NCBI GenBank assembly: GCA_034780895.1
Contig: JAUZTB010000066.1
Location: 22,816,963 to 22,880,962, forward strand
Direction: 5' to 3'
Length of the DNA: 64,000 nucleotides
Source: Rhynchobatus australiae
Taxonomy: Eukaryota
In this document: positions 11,968 through 24,348 of the stretch, piece by piece
How the letters are laid out: every line of letters starts with the position of its first letter
Numbering within the stretch: the stretch's first letter is position 1
Notes under the pieces: model-generated
The model's input: only the letters and a program-made list of their open reading frames with translations
Told to the model about the DNA's origin: nothing
Database searches by the model: none
Translations under genes and position numbers: made by a program

Positions 11968-12310
11968 ATTAAAACAGAAAATGTTGAAAATTCTCAGCAG
12001 ATCAGGTAGTATCGAAGGAGAGAGGAACATTCGAGCCTTATAGACTCAACATTGAATTCGGCAATTACAGATAATCAGCTTTTTCCACTTTGTATTTTGC
12101 ATATCCATTATTCTTACAGGTTCTTCTACTCTTCCAGTAGTTTCAGATTTCACTTATCTTCCCTTATTTGTGGCTCCCCAGATGTACCTTTTGTCATTAA
12201 CTTCCTCTTTCAGCACCTTTGTGCCATTCAGTCTCTCCTGTCTTAAATCCTGTTTTATCTCTAAATTCTCCCAGTTCTGAAGAAAAGGCCATTGATGTAA
12301 AACTTTAACT
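11968..12310. mobile_element. Penelope-derived fold-back element, right arm truncated by L1
   Basis: Left arm aaaacagaaaatgttgaaaattctcagcagatcaggtagtatc; right arm cagttctgaagaaaaggccattgatgtaaaactttaact abuts the L1 tail. Confidence 0.65.
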
Positions 12311-12975
12311 TTCTTTTCTTTTTCAATCTTTTTATTAGTTTCCAAATTAGTACAGATTAATATATAACATCGATGATTGTACATGTAATACAAAGAGAAC
12401 AATTATGGCATAGGTAATCATCAAGAATAATAAAATATAAAGAAAATCTTTAGATCTCACGATCTCTTAGTAAATGAATATAGTATAAAAGAAAGGAAAG
12501 AAAAAGATTTATTGCATATATAAAAGAAAAGAAAAAGAATCCCCAAATCAATAAAAAATTGTAAATAACATAACAGACCAAACAATAAAGAAAATTTCAA
12601 GAAAAAGAGACAAAAACAAAAAAAAACTGGACTGAAATTTCTCAGTGGAAACAGAGCAATTATATCGTCAATTCCGTTCCTCTAAATTGAAAAGTTATTG
12701 AAAAGGGATCTATATCATATGAAAGTATTGAATAAATGGACTCCAAATATCTTCAAATTTAAGCGAAGGATCAACAGTATCACTTCTAATTTTTTCCAAG
12801 TTTAAACATGAGAAAACCATTGAAAAGTAGTAGGGGGTATTGGATCCTTCCATTTAAGCAAGATGGATTGTTTGGCCATTAATTTGAAAAACGCAATCAT
12901 ACGGTAAGCGGAAACAGATAAATGGCCAGACTCTATCCTTGGTAATCCAAAGATTGCAGTGATAGGATGAGGTTG
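12311..12975 (-). mobile_element. 5'-truncated fish-type L1 (ORF2 C-terminus and 3' UTR), copy 2
   Basis: ORF 12802..13077(-) includes QPHPITAIFGLP..RMIAFFKLMAKQSILLKWKDPIPPTTFQWFS; a shifted frame continues LNLEKIR..FEDIWSPFIQYF. Confidence 0.88.
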
Positions 12976-13219
12976 AGAAAGCTGGCCCCAACCTTTCTGT
13001 TGATGACCTAAAAGCATCACAGAGAGCATCAAAACAAGTCCTGTCTGTTGGAAAAAGATTGACAGCCAGCTAAACAATGCCTACTCACTTATTTACCAAA
13101 AACAAATTATTTCTGAATGCTTCAGAAATACTTTAAAACATTCAAAGATTGAAAACCATTCAAAACATTTTGAAATGACCGAAAGAGAGAAAGTCCATTA
13201 GGCGTATATTGACCTAAGT

Positions 13220-13583
13220 TCAGTAGAAACCTACTAAAATTCTAGCAGGACTGGGCAGATTAGATGCAGTAAGGATGTTCCCGATGGCAGGGCAGTCTGA
13301 GACCAGGGGTCACAATCCAAGGATAAGGGATAAGCCATTTGAGATTGAGATGAGGAGAAAATTCTTCCCCCATAAATTGGAGAACTGCAAAATTCTCTAC
13401 TACAGAAATTAGTTGAAGCCACATCATTAAATATATTTAAGAAGGCATTTTTTGTAGCGCCAGGGAAATCAAGAGGTATGGGGAGAAAGCTGGAACAGGG
13501 TACTGAATTTGAATGATCAGTCATAATCACATTGAGTGGCAAGGCAGGCTCAAAGGGGCGATGGCCTACTGCTCCCATTTTCT
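13220..13583 (+). mobile_element. CR1 LINE 3' fragment
   Basis: KILAGLGRLDAVRMFPM..TRGHNPRIRDKPFEIEMRRKFF followed by UTR ending gatggcctactgctcccattttcta. Confidence 0.88.
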
Positions 13584-13775
13584 AAATAAAACTCTAAACA
13601 CCTAACTGAATTAAAACATAATGGATCACTTAAAAAAAATCTACACCACCTTAATCCTTGGAGCCATTCTCCTCCTACAGGGAGGCAGAACCTGTTAGGA
13701 CCCCCTTCAGGATCTTTGAGTGGATTCCCCTTAGGCAGTGGTGGGGAACCACCACACCTTCCCTGTTCCATGCTT

Positions 13776-13910
13776 CATTCTGTTACTGTTCTTCCCTTGT
13801 ACCACCTTGAGGTACTGATGTTGTGAAATGATCGGTATAGATGGCATGCAAAACAATGTTTTTCACTGTACCTCAGTACATGTGACAATAATAAACCAAT
13901 TACCAGTTAC
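13776..13910 (+). mobile_element. Rex1/Babar-type LINE 3' UTR
   Basis: tttttcactgtacctcagtacatgtgacaataataaaccaattacc matches the reverse complement of the tail at 41710-41762. Confidence 0.75.
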
Positions 13911-14662
13911 CGTGCTGCACTCTATGAGGCTAAACCACTGGAGTGTCATGGGCTGTGTGTTATTCAGCAAAGCATCGTCAGTGACTTCGATATTCCCAAG
14001 CAGAGAAATGAAGAAGTTGCTTTTTGTTAAGTAGGATGATGTTGTCAAAATTGCTTTTTTTATTATTCAAGTCAGATATTCAATAAAAGAAATTCATATA
14101 AAACAAAAGCATAAAACATTTTAAATTCCTATGAATTTTCTCCAAAGTTTCTTGTTTAGGATGGATTTTTGAGTTTGGAATGGCAAGAATATACTTATAT
14201 CCTTGCGATTTATGGAGGAGCAAAGTATAACTGTGTTGCGTGTCATAACTCTGCATTTGACAAATAAAATCACTCAGTAATTTCAAAGGTTTGTTGATGA
14301 GCTGCAATATTCATTTTTTGATATTTAGTGTGTAGAAGTCTNNNNNNNNNNNNNNNNNNNNNNNNNNNNNNNNNNNNNNNNNNNNNNNNNNNNNNNNNNN
14401 NNNNNNNNNNNNNNNNNNNNNNNNNNNNNNNNNNNNNNNNNNNNNNNNNNNNNNNNNNNNNNNNNNNNNNNNNNNNNNNNNNNNNNNNNNNNNNNNNNNN
14501 NNNNNNNNNNNNNNNNNNNNNNNNNNNNNNNNNNNNNNNNNNNNNNNNNNNNNNNNNNNNNNNNNNNNNNNNNNNNNNNNNNNNNNNNNNNNNNNNNNNN
14601 NNNNNNNNNNNNNNNNNNNNNNNNNNNNNNNNNNNNNNNNNNNNNNNNNNNNNNNNNNNNNN

Positions 14663-16760
14663 TGTTTGTTCCCCCTTGATATCATTAGCTAACTTGGTCT
14701 GAAACAGTAACTGACCTGTTGCCTCTTCCTGTTCAAGTGACACACCATAAGATTGAAATTAACGTGATCCTATTTTTGGTTGTTATTGGACCATGGGGCA
14801 ATCTACAGCAGCACAAGCAGTACCTCAAGTAGTTGAATGCCCTGAGAGTAAACCACCATTTTCACACAAACTCATTTGTTGTAACTGATGAGATTTGTTG
14901 CCTCTTGGCTGATCCACAAACTGGTGAGAGTTTGTGTGATGACGGTTGCTGTCTTGAAGAACAGCAAATCTGAAAATGCCCTATTCCTTTTGTATGAATA
15001 ATAGTGTCACTTTGTGAAGGAACATGATTATAGAAAAGCCTCTGGCACAATTTGCCCTGCTCTCTAAACTAATAGAAGATCCATTGTGTCAATTATCTGG
15101 CAGAAGAAAAAAAATCTAATTAACAAAATAAATTGATGCTCACACAAGTACAAAATACTCTTGTGAATTAGTGATACTTTAATTTGTGAATTTGGATGAT
15201 TGACATGCTTCTGGTGGACCCCATGTTACAACACTGGTACAGTATGCTTAAAAGCTCATTGTCATCTGATAAAGCTTCTTGCAAAGCAAGTTGCTAGTCC
15301 TGCAAAATAGGAGTAGGTGACATGTCATGTCTCCTCATGGTAAGAAACTTGAAATGGATCATTGATAGTGGCAGTTCGTAAATTCAGAATGATATTTGTT
15401 CCTTGTGTTAGGAAATAGAGTATCTGAATTTAAATTTAGCTAAGATTTTCTACAAAGCAACAAATCCAATATTATTAGCTTTGCAATTATGGACTATTCC
15501 AATCTTTAGTTCCTGTGTGCTTCTCCGTTATCTAACCATTCTGATGGTTGGTTCAATTTACAAGCTTTCTAACCATTCTTTTTTGTTTAGGATTTCAGTG
15601 CTATCTAAGAATAGAGCTTGAACCTGGGATAACTTTGCAATGTAATCTCTGTAGAGATAAGCAAATACCTTGCACCATGAGTATAATTAATATTGGAGCA
15701 CATGTAGAATCATTTATTTTCTGATCAATGATTTTTAAAAGAAAAATGATCCAATTAGAATTGAGAGACAGTGAAGGAGAGTGTTCATTTAACTTATTGG
15801 AGGTGTCAAAATTGACAGACAAAGATAAAGGAATCCTATAATTTTGACAGAGCTTATTGCGTAGTTCAATTCTGCTAATTTTGTTTGTATAGTCAATCGA
15901 ACATGTGCTGTATTAAAAATTAAAGAGCCTTGTTTTTTCTAGCTGGGACAGTGGACCGTCTGTTACAACACAGCAGACATGTAAAACCCAAGAGTCCATT
16001 ACCATAGGTTACAGCAAATGTTAATCAGTACCAATGCAGTTAAATAATGCAGTTAGTACAGATGGCAGCTACTACATTCAGTTGCAGATGCGTCCTAGTG
16101 TCCCTAAGGCAGTCATATCACAGTAGTTGTCAGTTACTGTCAGGGAGTATGCTGAGCAGTGTGTCGACTTTTTTGTTGGACTCTGCCATATAATCCAGAC
16201 AGAGAGTATGGCTCTCCTTTATTGTAATCACATGAGCAAGATTGTAATATATCACAGAGCTGAATGAATACATAACACAGCTAAATATTCATTTAAACTC
16301 AACATTTTTCCTGCTAAGTGACATAAAAATTGTGAAGCTTTTCACAACTCAGATACTTGTTAATAGTTTCCAACTTCACATTTTAGACCGGGAGCTTTGG
16401 CTGCAGAGAGACGTGAAAATTCTCATATACATTGCAGCCAACTGGTCAGAAAATCCTGCTTGTTAAGTCCAGGTGCCTCCTCTTATCTGCAGGGACCAAA
16501 CTAAGCTTGGTATTTCAGAATGCCAGCACTGATATACTGGCAAGTGATCCCATAGAATGGCACTAAAGATCAGTTGCAGACTGCAAAGGCCACTTCTCCA
16601 GGAGAATGACACACCATGGGACCCTCATTCTGGTTCTGTGCCAGTGCAGAAAACATGAACAAGGAACTCCTATTTTTCTTCTCTCATGCCTCTCTGTTTT
16701 GATTGCTCTTGGATACTCTCATTGCAATGCATTTCCTCCACTGATCTTTATCAGGGTTCC
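14663..16760 (+). pseudogene. Possible decayed Ig-superfamily (V-set/C2, Siglec/CD22-like) exon cluster
   Basis: Acceptor-like sites end at 15590, 15942 and 16386; Ig strand-like motifs LG....LTC, CYW, ASWLIHKL, ITLQC, GECSFNLLEVSKLTDKDKG, QWTVCY, LNNAVSTDGSYY, AWYF, HHGT; all broken by stops or frameshifts. Pattern recognition only. Confidence 0.3.
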
Positions 16761-17896
16761 TAGTCAATTCTACAAGTTTCATCCCAACAATTAGATTCCT
16801 GAGTTAGCATATTAAATTGCTAATAACTAATTGTGAGCAGAAACTAGATTGGGGAGCAATTATGGGAGATAACTAGAGAAACCAGAGCCAAAAAATTTAC
16901 CAACACTGGCCTTCAGAAAGATTAGTTTGAAGCTGCACTTAAAATTTATTCTAGTGCAGTGAATTCTCATCTTACATTCAGAGAACCTGTCTTCTTATTC
17001 ATTGTTCATAGTAATTTATTTAAAATTTCTAAGAGACAATAAGAGATAAGTAGGGATTGGAAATGTGCTGATGCAGAAGAAGTTATTCTTCTGACAGGTT
17101 TTAACGAACTATCTAGATAAGACCTGTGTTTCAAATAACCTTGCTATCTTCGCATTAGAGCTCCTGATGCTAACAGTGAATATAAAAATGTTTCATTCTC
17201 TAAGGATGTTCATAATCTTTGAAAATCTATATCCACAAAATTATAAATTGGCAATAAGATGATAATGAATTGTTTACATGGGCACACTATCAGTTAAGGA
17301 ATCTGGCATTAATTCTTCAGTAGTGAAAAAGTTTTTTTCAAAAATGATTTAGTTTAAATCAAAATCTTTCTGTAGAGCCAGAAGGAGCATGNNNNNNNNN
17401 NNNNNNNNNNNNNNNNNNNNNNNNNNNNNNNNNNNNNNNNNNNNNNNNNNNNNNNNNNNNNNNNNNNNNNNNNNNNNNNNNNNNNNNNNNNNNNNNNNNN
17501 NNNNNNNNNNNNNNNNNNNNNNNNNNNNNNNNNNNNNNNNNNNNNNNNNNNNNNNNNNNNNNNNNNNNNNNNNNNNNNNNNNNNNNNNNNNNNNNNNNNN
17601 NNNNNNNNNNNNNNNNNNNNNNNNNNNNNNNNNNNNNNNNNNNNNNNNNNNNNNNNNNNNNNNNNNNNNNNNNNNNNNNNNNNNNNGCCCCATGTCCAAC
17701 TGTCTCTGGCACCTCCCCTACCCCCCTAGACCCAGCCTTTTGCCCGATCATCCTAAACTCCCTCCTTGAGTTCATCTGAGGACCTTTGGTGATGATTTAA
17801 AATTCATTTATTTCCACTTGTGCTGGGCAGAAACTAGATAAGGCCCAAAGTCCAAATTTGGGAGGCTTTGAACATTTTTATTTGTGCTTGAACTCA

Positions 17897-18085
17897 TCTG
17901 GACTACAATGGACTTTGGTTTTTTTTGTTCTAATTGTGTTCTTTCTTGTAAAGATTGTGTTTAATTAATGCTTTTCTTGTGAATGTTTTGTATCTGATGC
18001 TGTGTGCCTGTGATGCTGCTGCAAGTAAGTTTCTCATTGCACCTCTACAAGCGTGTACTTGTGCATATGACAATATTTCAATTCA
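17897..18085 (+). mobile_element. LINE 3' UTR (Rex1/Babar-like family)
   Basis: tgcctgtgatgctgctgcaagtaagtttctcattgcacct..tgtacttgtgcatatgacaata, a Rex-type tail. Confidence 0.6.
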
Positions 18086-18643
18086 GATTGTCAGACTAGG
18101 ATATCTTGACCTTTGTTTGTTGCAATATGACAGTAGTTCTTCACATAGCAGTTTATCTTGAAAATTCCCAAAAACCACCTTTCCTAATAGGGTATACCAA
18201 GGTCTCAATTGATTTGTCCTAATCATATTTTAAGGTACCACAGTTTTTTANNNNNNNNNNNNNNNNNNNNNNNNNNNNNNNNNNNNNNNNNNNNNNNNNN
18301 NNNNNNNNNNNNNNNNNNNNNNNNNNNNNNNNNNNNNNNNNNNNNNNNNNNNNNNNNNNNNNNNNNNNNNNNNNNNNNNNNNNNNNNNNNNNNNNNNNNN
18401 NNNNNNNNNNNNNNNNNNNNNNNNNNNNNNNNNNNNNNNNNNNNNNNNNNNNNNNNNNNNNNNNNNNNNNNNNNNNNNNNNNNNNNNNNNNNNNNNNNNN
18501 NNNNNNNNNNNNNNNNNNNNNNNNNNNNNNNNNNNNNNNNNNNNNNNNNNNNNNNNNNNNNNNNNNNNNNNNNNNNNNNNNNNNNNNNNNNNNNNNNNNN
18601 NNNNNNNNNNNNNNNNNNNNNNNNNNNNNNNNNNNNNNNNNNA

Positions 18644-18878
18644 CAGTGAAATGCATCTTTTGCATAGAGTTTTCTGGGGGCAGCCCACAAGTGTTGCCAC
18701 GCGCCCGGCACCAACATCGTATGCCCACGACTTCCTAACCTGTATATCTTTGGAATGTGGGAGGAAACCCACGCAGTCAAGGGGAGAACGTACAACCTCC
18801 TTACAGACAGCGGCCGGAATTGAACCAGGTCGCCAGCACTGCAATAGCGCTATGCTAACCGCTACACTACCGAGCCTG
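18644..18878 (-). mobile_element. V-SINE (tRNA head plus V domain) with Rex-like tail
   Basis: Minus strand reads ggtagtgtagcggttagc (A box), ggttcaattcc (B box), then tgcgtgggtttcctcccacattccaaag. Confidence 0.85.
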
Positions 18879-19099
18879 CTCTGGTGTGATCAAATTTGAA
18901 ACTTTTCACATTTTGATAAAACCAATGCTGTTCGTATTAGCAGAGGTAATAAAACCAGTACGAATCATAGTAGCTACACAAAACAGGCATTTGAAATGTT
19001 TCCTGCTGCTCTTTTACTCAATATTTTGAAGAGAACCATTTTAGGAGCTGGTACATATCTCAAAACCAGTGAGTGCACCACATATGATTATAGAGAAAT

Positions 19100-19620
19100 G
19101 TGATTTTTCTCTTTCCATCCCACTCTCCTACACCTTTGACAGACCTCTAAACCTGAAACTTAAAAAAGTGGTTTCCTTAATGTGCAAGGCTTCATTGATA
19201 TGCAAGACTCTGTATGAATTGTATAGGCTTTGCTTCATCCCCTGGCGGTCTATGTCTCTTGTTGCTACACGCAGGTACTCTGATGCTGGGCTTTTACCCC
19301 ATGATGCATTTGACTCCCCATTTAAATCTCCCAAAATGTATGTTTATTGTGCTGGAGCTTCTATTATTAGGAGTTCTTGATGGCTTCTCCATTGACAGGG
19401 CAACTTTCTGGAGAGTTTTGTTACCACTCCTTGGGACTCCTACAGAAGGAAAAGGAATCATATGATAGCCTACAGTTTGGAACAAATGGCTAAGTACATT
19501 GCAGCAAGACCAGCATAACGTCCTGCTACTCTTGGTCATTTGTGTGACTCACTGAGTAAGTTTGAAGGCTCTGGAGAGTAATAGTGGGTAAGAACACCTG
19601 CCTTCATAAGTTGGTGTAAT
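19100..19620 (+). mobile_element. Highly decayed L1/Tx1-like ORF2 C-terminal fragment
   Basis: KTLYELYRLCFIPWRSM..SDAGLLPHDA, FWRVLLPLLGTP and EQMAKYI occur in the order expected for the Tx1 C-terminus. Confidence 0.4.
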
Positions 19621-20940
19621 GCCACCATGCCTTGCCCAAGTTATCCATGGCCTCCCTTGAAATAACTTACTGAGATTGCTTCTCAGGATGAATGAAGCAT
19701 TGTCATTTTAATACTTTGCCAACAGTGCACTAACTGTCTCAATTAATGTAGGCAATCTTACTTTTTGTTTTGAAAGAAAAGACCATACACATTTATCTGC
19801 CACATTTAGATTTAACAAGCGAAAAGATAAGTGCAGAACATACGAGTTGTTTTAGGAATTACATGACTCGGTGACTTAAAGTATAGGTTTTTTGATCCCT
19901 GTCTCCATGGCAAATGTCCATTGTTCTATGGTAGATGGGATTGGAAGAGGAAAGGAGGCTGGGATGAATATTCTCCATCCTGCTAGTTTAAGCTGGTTCC
20001 ATGCCTGGGCTCAGCAAGTGGTATCTGTATGATTTCTATCCTTCCTTGGGAATGGGCACACATTAATAACTGTTACAATTGCATTGTTTCCTGGTCTTAT
20101 CACCAGTGGATAATGGAAGCTGCTCTGCCATGTTGTGCAGAACCTGTTGGCTCAAGCAAAGGTTTCCAAGTCATCCTGCAAGGTTTTTGTGTTCACCACA
20201 CTTCCTCCAGCACAAAACACCAGGCCTTCTTGGTAAAACAAATGCTCTTCTCCCAGTTGCAGCTAGTTGAGTATTGCAGTCGGAATCCTTAATGGTAGCT
20301 CCAAAGGCAGTGAGATTACATTGGGTAATCCCTGTGCCACTTAACCAGTTTGGTGTCTCATTCCAGAGTTGGGAAAGTAGCATCAAATAATTAGGTACAG
20401 CTCCCAAAAATGTTGTTCATTCAAGAAGAAAAAGTCAACCTGAAATATTGGCCCCTGGCTAGAGTACAGCTTCACAGTGGCTGATTAAGTTAAGTTTTAC
20501 TCCTGATACATGGTACTCCATTACCTATGGATCAGATTCTACAGTTGGCCAATTTTCTTATAAGTTGAAACTCACTTGATCTATGATGTGTAAAAACAAG
20601 TTACTGCACTGAAAATGTAGTGCTAAATCAGCTTGTTTGAACTTCAGCAATCCTTTGGTACATTAATAGACATCCCTGTTATAATAGTGCTTATCTAACT
20701 CCTCACAGAAAATGAAAAATAGCTGAAAAAAAACTTTGCATCATTTATCACAATGATCAGGAAATGTACAATATTAATAAAATGCACCATTGTTCTCAGA
20801 TTTCCTGTTTATCTATAAGATAGAATCTAATGAATTTGCTCAAGTACATCTAATGATATGATGTCATAGTGATCAGACTTTTTTTGGGATATGACTAACA
20901 ATAGTAAATCAGTATTTGCTACTCATGTCAAAGTGTCGTA

Positions 20941-21187
20941 AGGGTATTAGGAATCAACCATGTAGTGTGTGACAAGACCCATGTGTTGGCCAGATTGGGT
21001 ACAGGATAGGACTGCTTTTCTGAAGAGCATTTGTTGGACTTTTATGATAATTCAGCAGTTTTCATGTTTTTTTCGGTTGGTCCTATTTCCAAGTTACCAG
21101 GTCTATTAAATGCCTTTGTACAATTCTCAATAGTGGGATAATAAAATGATTCCCTCTAATAATGACCAGGTTACTCTGTTACACCAG
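20941..21187 (-). mobile_element. Decayed tRNA-SINE, family of 59790-60635
   Basis: gaatcaaccatgt..tgttggccagattgggtacaggatagg is the reverse complement of the SINE body near 60495-60555. Confidence 0.55.
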
Positions 21188-22594
21188 TGAATATATCGTG
21201 TAATATCTGCATAGTCCAGATCCTCATCTGATTAGTATCCAAGTGATGTGTTCATCATGAAGTCTTGTCTGCTACAGCACTCAGCAATGGATTCATGTAG
21301 GGTAGTGTTCTCTCTCACACCCTTCAAAGGTTTTCCTTCATCCCTATATATCTGTCCCACATGCCAGAGGAAGATCTTTCAATGCATTCTTGGAAAAGAA
21401 ACTGCATGGTCACATATGTCCACATGCATCAAGTTTGATCTGCATTGAAACTCTGCTGTTGTAAAATTTGAAGGGGAAATTGCTTCTCTTTCTGCATTGA
21501 AAGCGCCCTGGCTGAAATGCAACAGGAATGCCTGCTGGGAACACACAAAGAGACAAACTCTCAATAGATTTAACGTAGGGCTGCATTGAGTGCTCCTTCT
21601 TGATAAGCTCAGAGACGAGAAGTGGAAATATTTACTGTAGGGACGCTAAGATTATATTGAACTAGTGGCAGATAGAAGGGAGCTTAAACATCCAGGCATT
21701 TAACCTGATTTGAAAGTTCATGATGATGACACTGAATGCCAATTGTGCTTCATTCTCAAAGTGGATTTCAATCAACTCTCTGAGCATAATATCAGTCCCA
21801 AATACATGCATTCAGATGATGAGGGTAATTTTCCATTGAACGTTGTTTTGCAGTCCATTGCTTCATTTATGCCACAGCAAAAGCTGGTCTATTAATTATT
21901 CATCATTTTATTAGAGTCTAGACAGTAGAAATATCCTCCAGTAAGCTCTTCAAACAATCCTAAACCATTGCAAATATAAAACATTAATTCTCATATCCAT
22001 GGAATAATAACTAATAACTAACCTATTTTCAATTTATATTTCTGAACAGTTGAAAATCAGGAGTAGGTGGTTCCAGATTCCATTGGTTCATTAACCAGCT
22101 TACTGACTTAGCATAAAAGCTTTGCACTTAACACAATAACACTGTTCATGGTTACAACATTGTAAAGACAAGGAAGCCCATATTTCTGGGGCAAAGTTTT
22201 CACTTTTAATGCAGCAGTGATTCTGTTGCCTGACTATGCCAGTAATTTTTATGGCCTGATCGGCAAAGTAAAGCAGTCTGAGACATAACAAAATCATAAA
22301 TAAGATTTTGGCACATTCAGATGTGGTGAAAATATTGCAAATATTTTTAATCATGATTAAAGCAAAATCAGAAGCTTGAAGATTATTTTGGTTATCACAT
22401 ATTATTTAATGCAACAATAATGACACAATCTCAGATAATAACTACTTTTACTAAACACTAAATATCTTAACTTCTTTCTTTTTAGTATGTCAGCTCCTTG
22501 TTACATTACAGTTCAATGGGTACCAGTAGCCCCTTGATACTTGGTCTTAGTGGCTAATATTCACAATTCTTGTCAGCGGACAGCATCAATCACC

Positions 22595-22640
22595 ATGATG
22601 CTTGGTTGGAAGCACACTGGCTCCTAAGTCAGAAGGTTAT
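22595..22640 (+). mobile_element. DeuSINE (SacSINE1-like) 5' head, split by a LINE
   Basis: gcttggttggaagcacactggctcctaagtcagaaggtt; the element resumes at 24349. Confidence 0.6.
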
Positions 22641-24348
22641 TCTATTGGGTGTGGGTGTTGAGGGCAAGTTGTCCAATCTACTGACAGTAGTGAAGGTGGC
22701 CCTGAGCCACCTTAAGCGCTATCGTCCTTCTGGTGATAATGTTGTGGGTTGGAAGTTCTCAGAATTATTCCTAGTAATAATGAAGAAACAACAATATATT
22801 TCCATGTCAGGATGATTGTGGTGTTCACATACATCTGCTGTTCCTATCCTCCTTGGTGGTAGAGGTCACAGGTTTGAGAAGTGCTGTCAGCATAGCCTAG
22901 GTGAGTAACTGGTAGGTGGTGCACATTGTAGCCACAGTGTATCAGTAGTAGAGGGAATGAATGTTTAGGCTGGCTGATGGGTTGTTGATCAATCAGACTG
23001 CCGTATCCTATATGATCCCAAGCTTCCTGAATGTTGTTGAGCTGCACATCCCAGCAGGTGGAGAGTACTCCATCAAGTTCCTAACTTGCTGCTTAAAAAT
23101 AGTGGAAAGTCTTTGGTGTGTCAGAGGTGAATTGCTCATCACAGGATATCCAGTCTCTGTCATGCTCTCTCAGCCTCAGTATTGATGTAGCTCGCACAGC
23201 TGAGTTTCTGGTCAATGGTAACTCCCTGGATGTTGATGGTGGAAGACACAGCAATGGTCATGTCATTGAAAATCAAAGCTGGTGTTTAGAGATGATCATG
23301 ATCTGTCACATTGTTCCTTGCCAATTAACATCTCATGCCTGAATATTTTGTACTTGCTACTGAACACAGCCATGGACTTGGCATAGATTGAATATTGTGT
23401 GATCATTAGCAAAGATCCCCACTTTTGACTTTGTAATACAAGGAAGATCATTGATAAAGCAGCAGAAGATCTGGAACACTGCCCTGATGGTCCTGGGGTG
23501 ATTGGCCTCCAACAACCACAACCATCTTCCTTTGGGCAAGCAGTGGCTGCAACCATTGAGATGTTTTCATGCTAATGCCCTTTGCCTTCATTTTTGCCAC
23601 GGCTCCTTGATGATGCATACCTGGTCAAATCCTGCCTGCCTGCATGCCAAAGGCAATCATTTTCACCTCATCTGTGGAGTTCAGCTCTGATCCATATTGG
23701 AACCGAGGCTGTGATGGCGTCTAAAGCCAAGTGGTTCTGTCAAAATCCAAATTGGACATTGGTGGGTAGGTTATTAGAGAATAAATGTCACCTGATAGAA
23801 TTGTTGATTATGCATTCCATCACTTTGCTGATGATTGAGAGTAAACTGATTGGGCAGCACTTAGCTAGATTGGTTTTGTCTTGACTTACCTGGGCAGTTT
23901 TCCACATTGTTGGGTAGATGCCAGTGTTGTAACTGTACTAGAAAATCTTGGCTAGAGGTACAGCTTGCTCTGGTGTGCAAGTGTTCAGTACAAAGGTTGA
24001 AATGTTGTCTGGCCCCACAGCCTTTGCTGTATCCAATTCTGTCAGCCATTTCTTGATATCACATGGATTGTATTCAATTGGCTGAAGACTGGCTTGTGTG
24101 ATGGTAGGGATCGCAGGAGTCATCTGGGATCTATTATCAGCTCAGCACTTCCAGCTGAACATGGTTGCGAATGCTTCGGCTTGCTTTTAGCCCTCACACG
24201 CTAGGTTCCATTGAGGATGGAGATGTTCTTGCAGCCTCTTCTTACTGTTAGGTGTTTGTCACAGTATGAAGTGGTAGGGCTGCAGAGTTATGATTCACTC
24301 CATGGAGTTTAGTTCTGTCTACTGCATGTTGCTTCTATTTAGCATGCA
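22641..24348 (-). mobile_element. CR1-clade LINE (here family B), decayed RT domain
   Basis: ASLQPI..DIKKWLTELDTAKAVGPDNI..PLAKIF (23938..24123) and CFINDLP..KVGIFAND (FADD-type motif, ORF 23357..23539). Confidence 0.88.
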
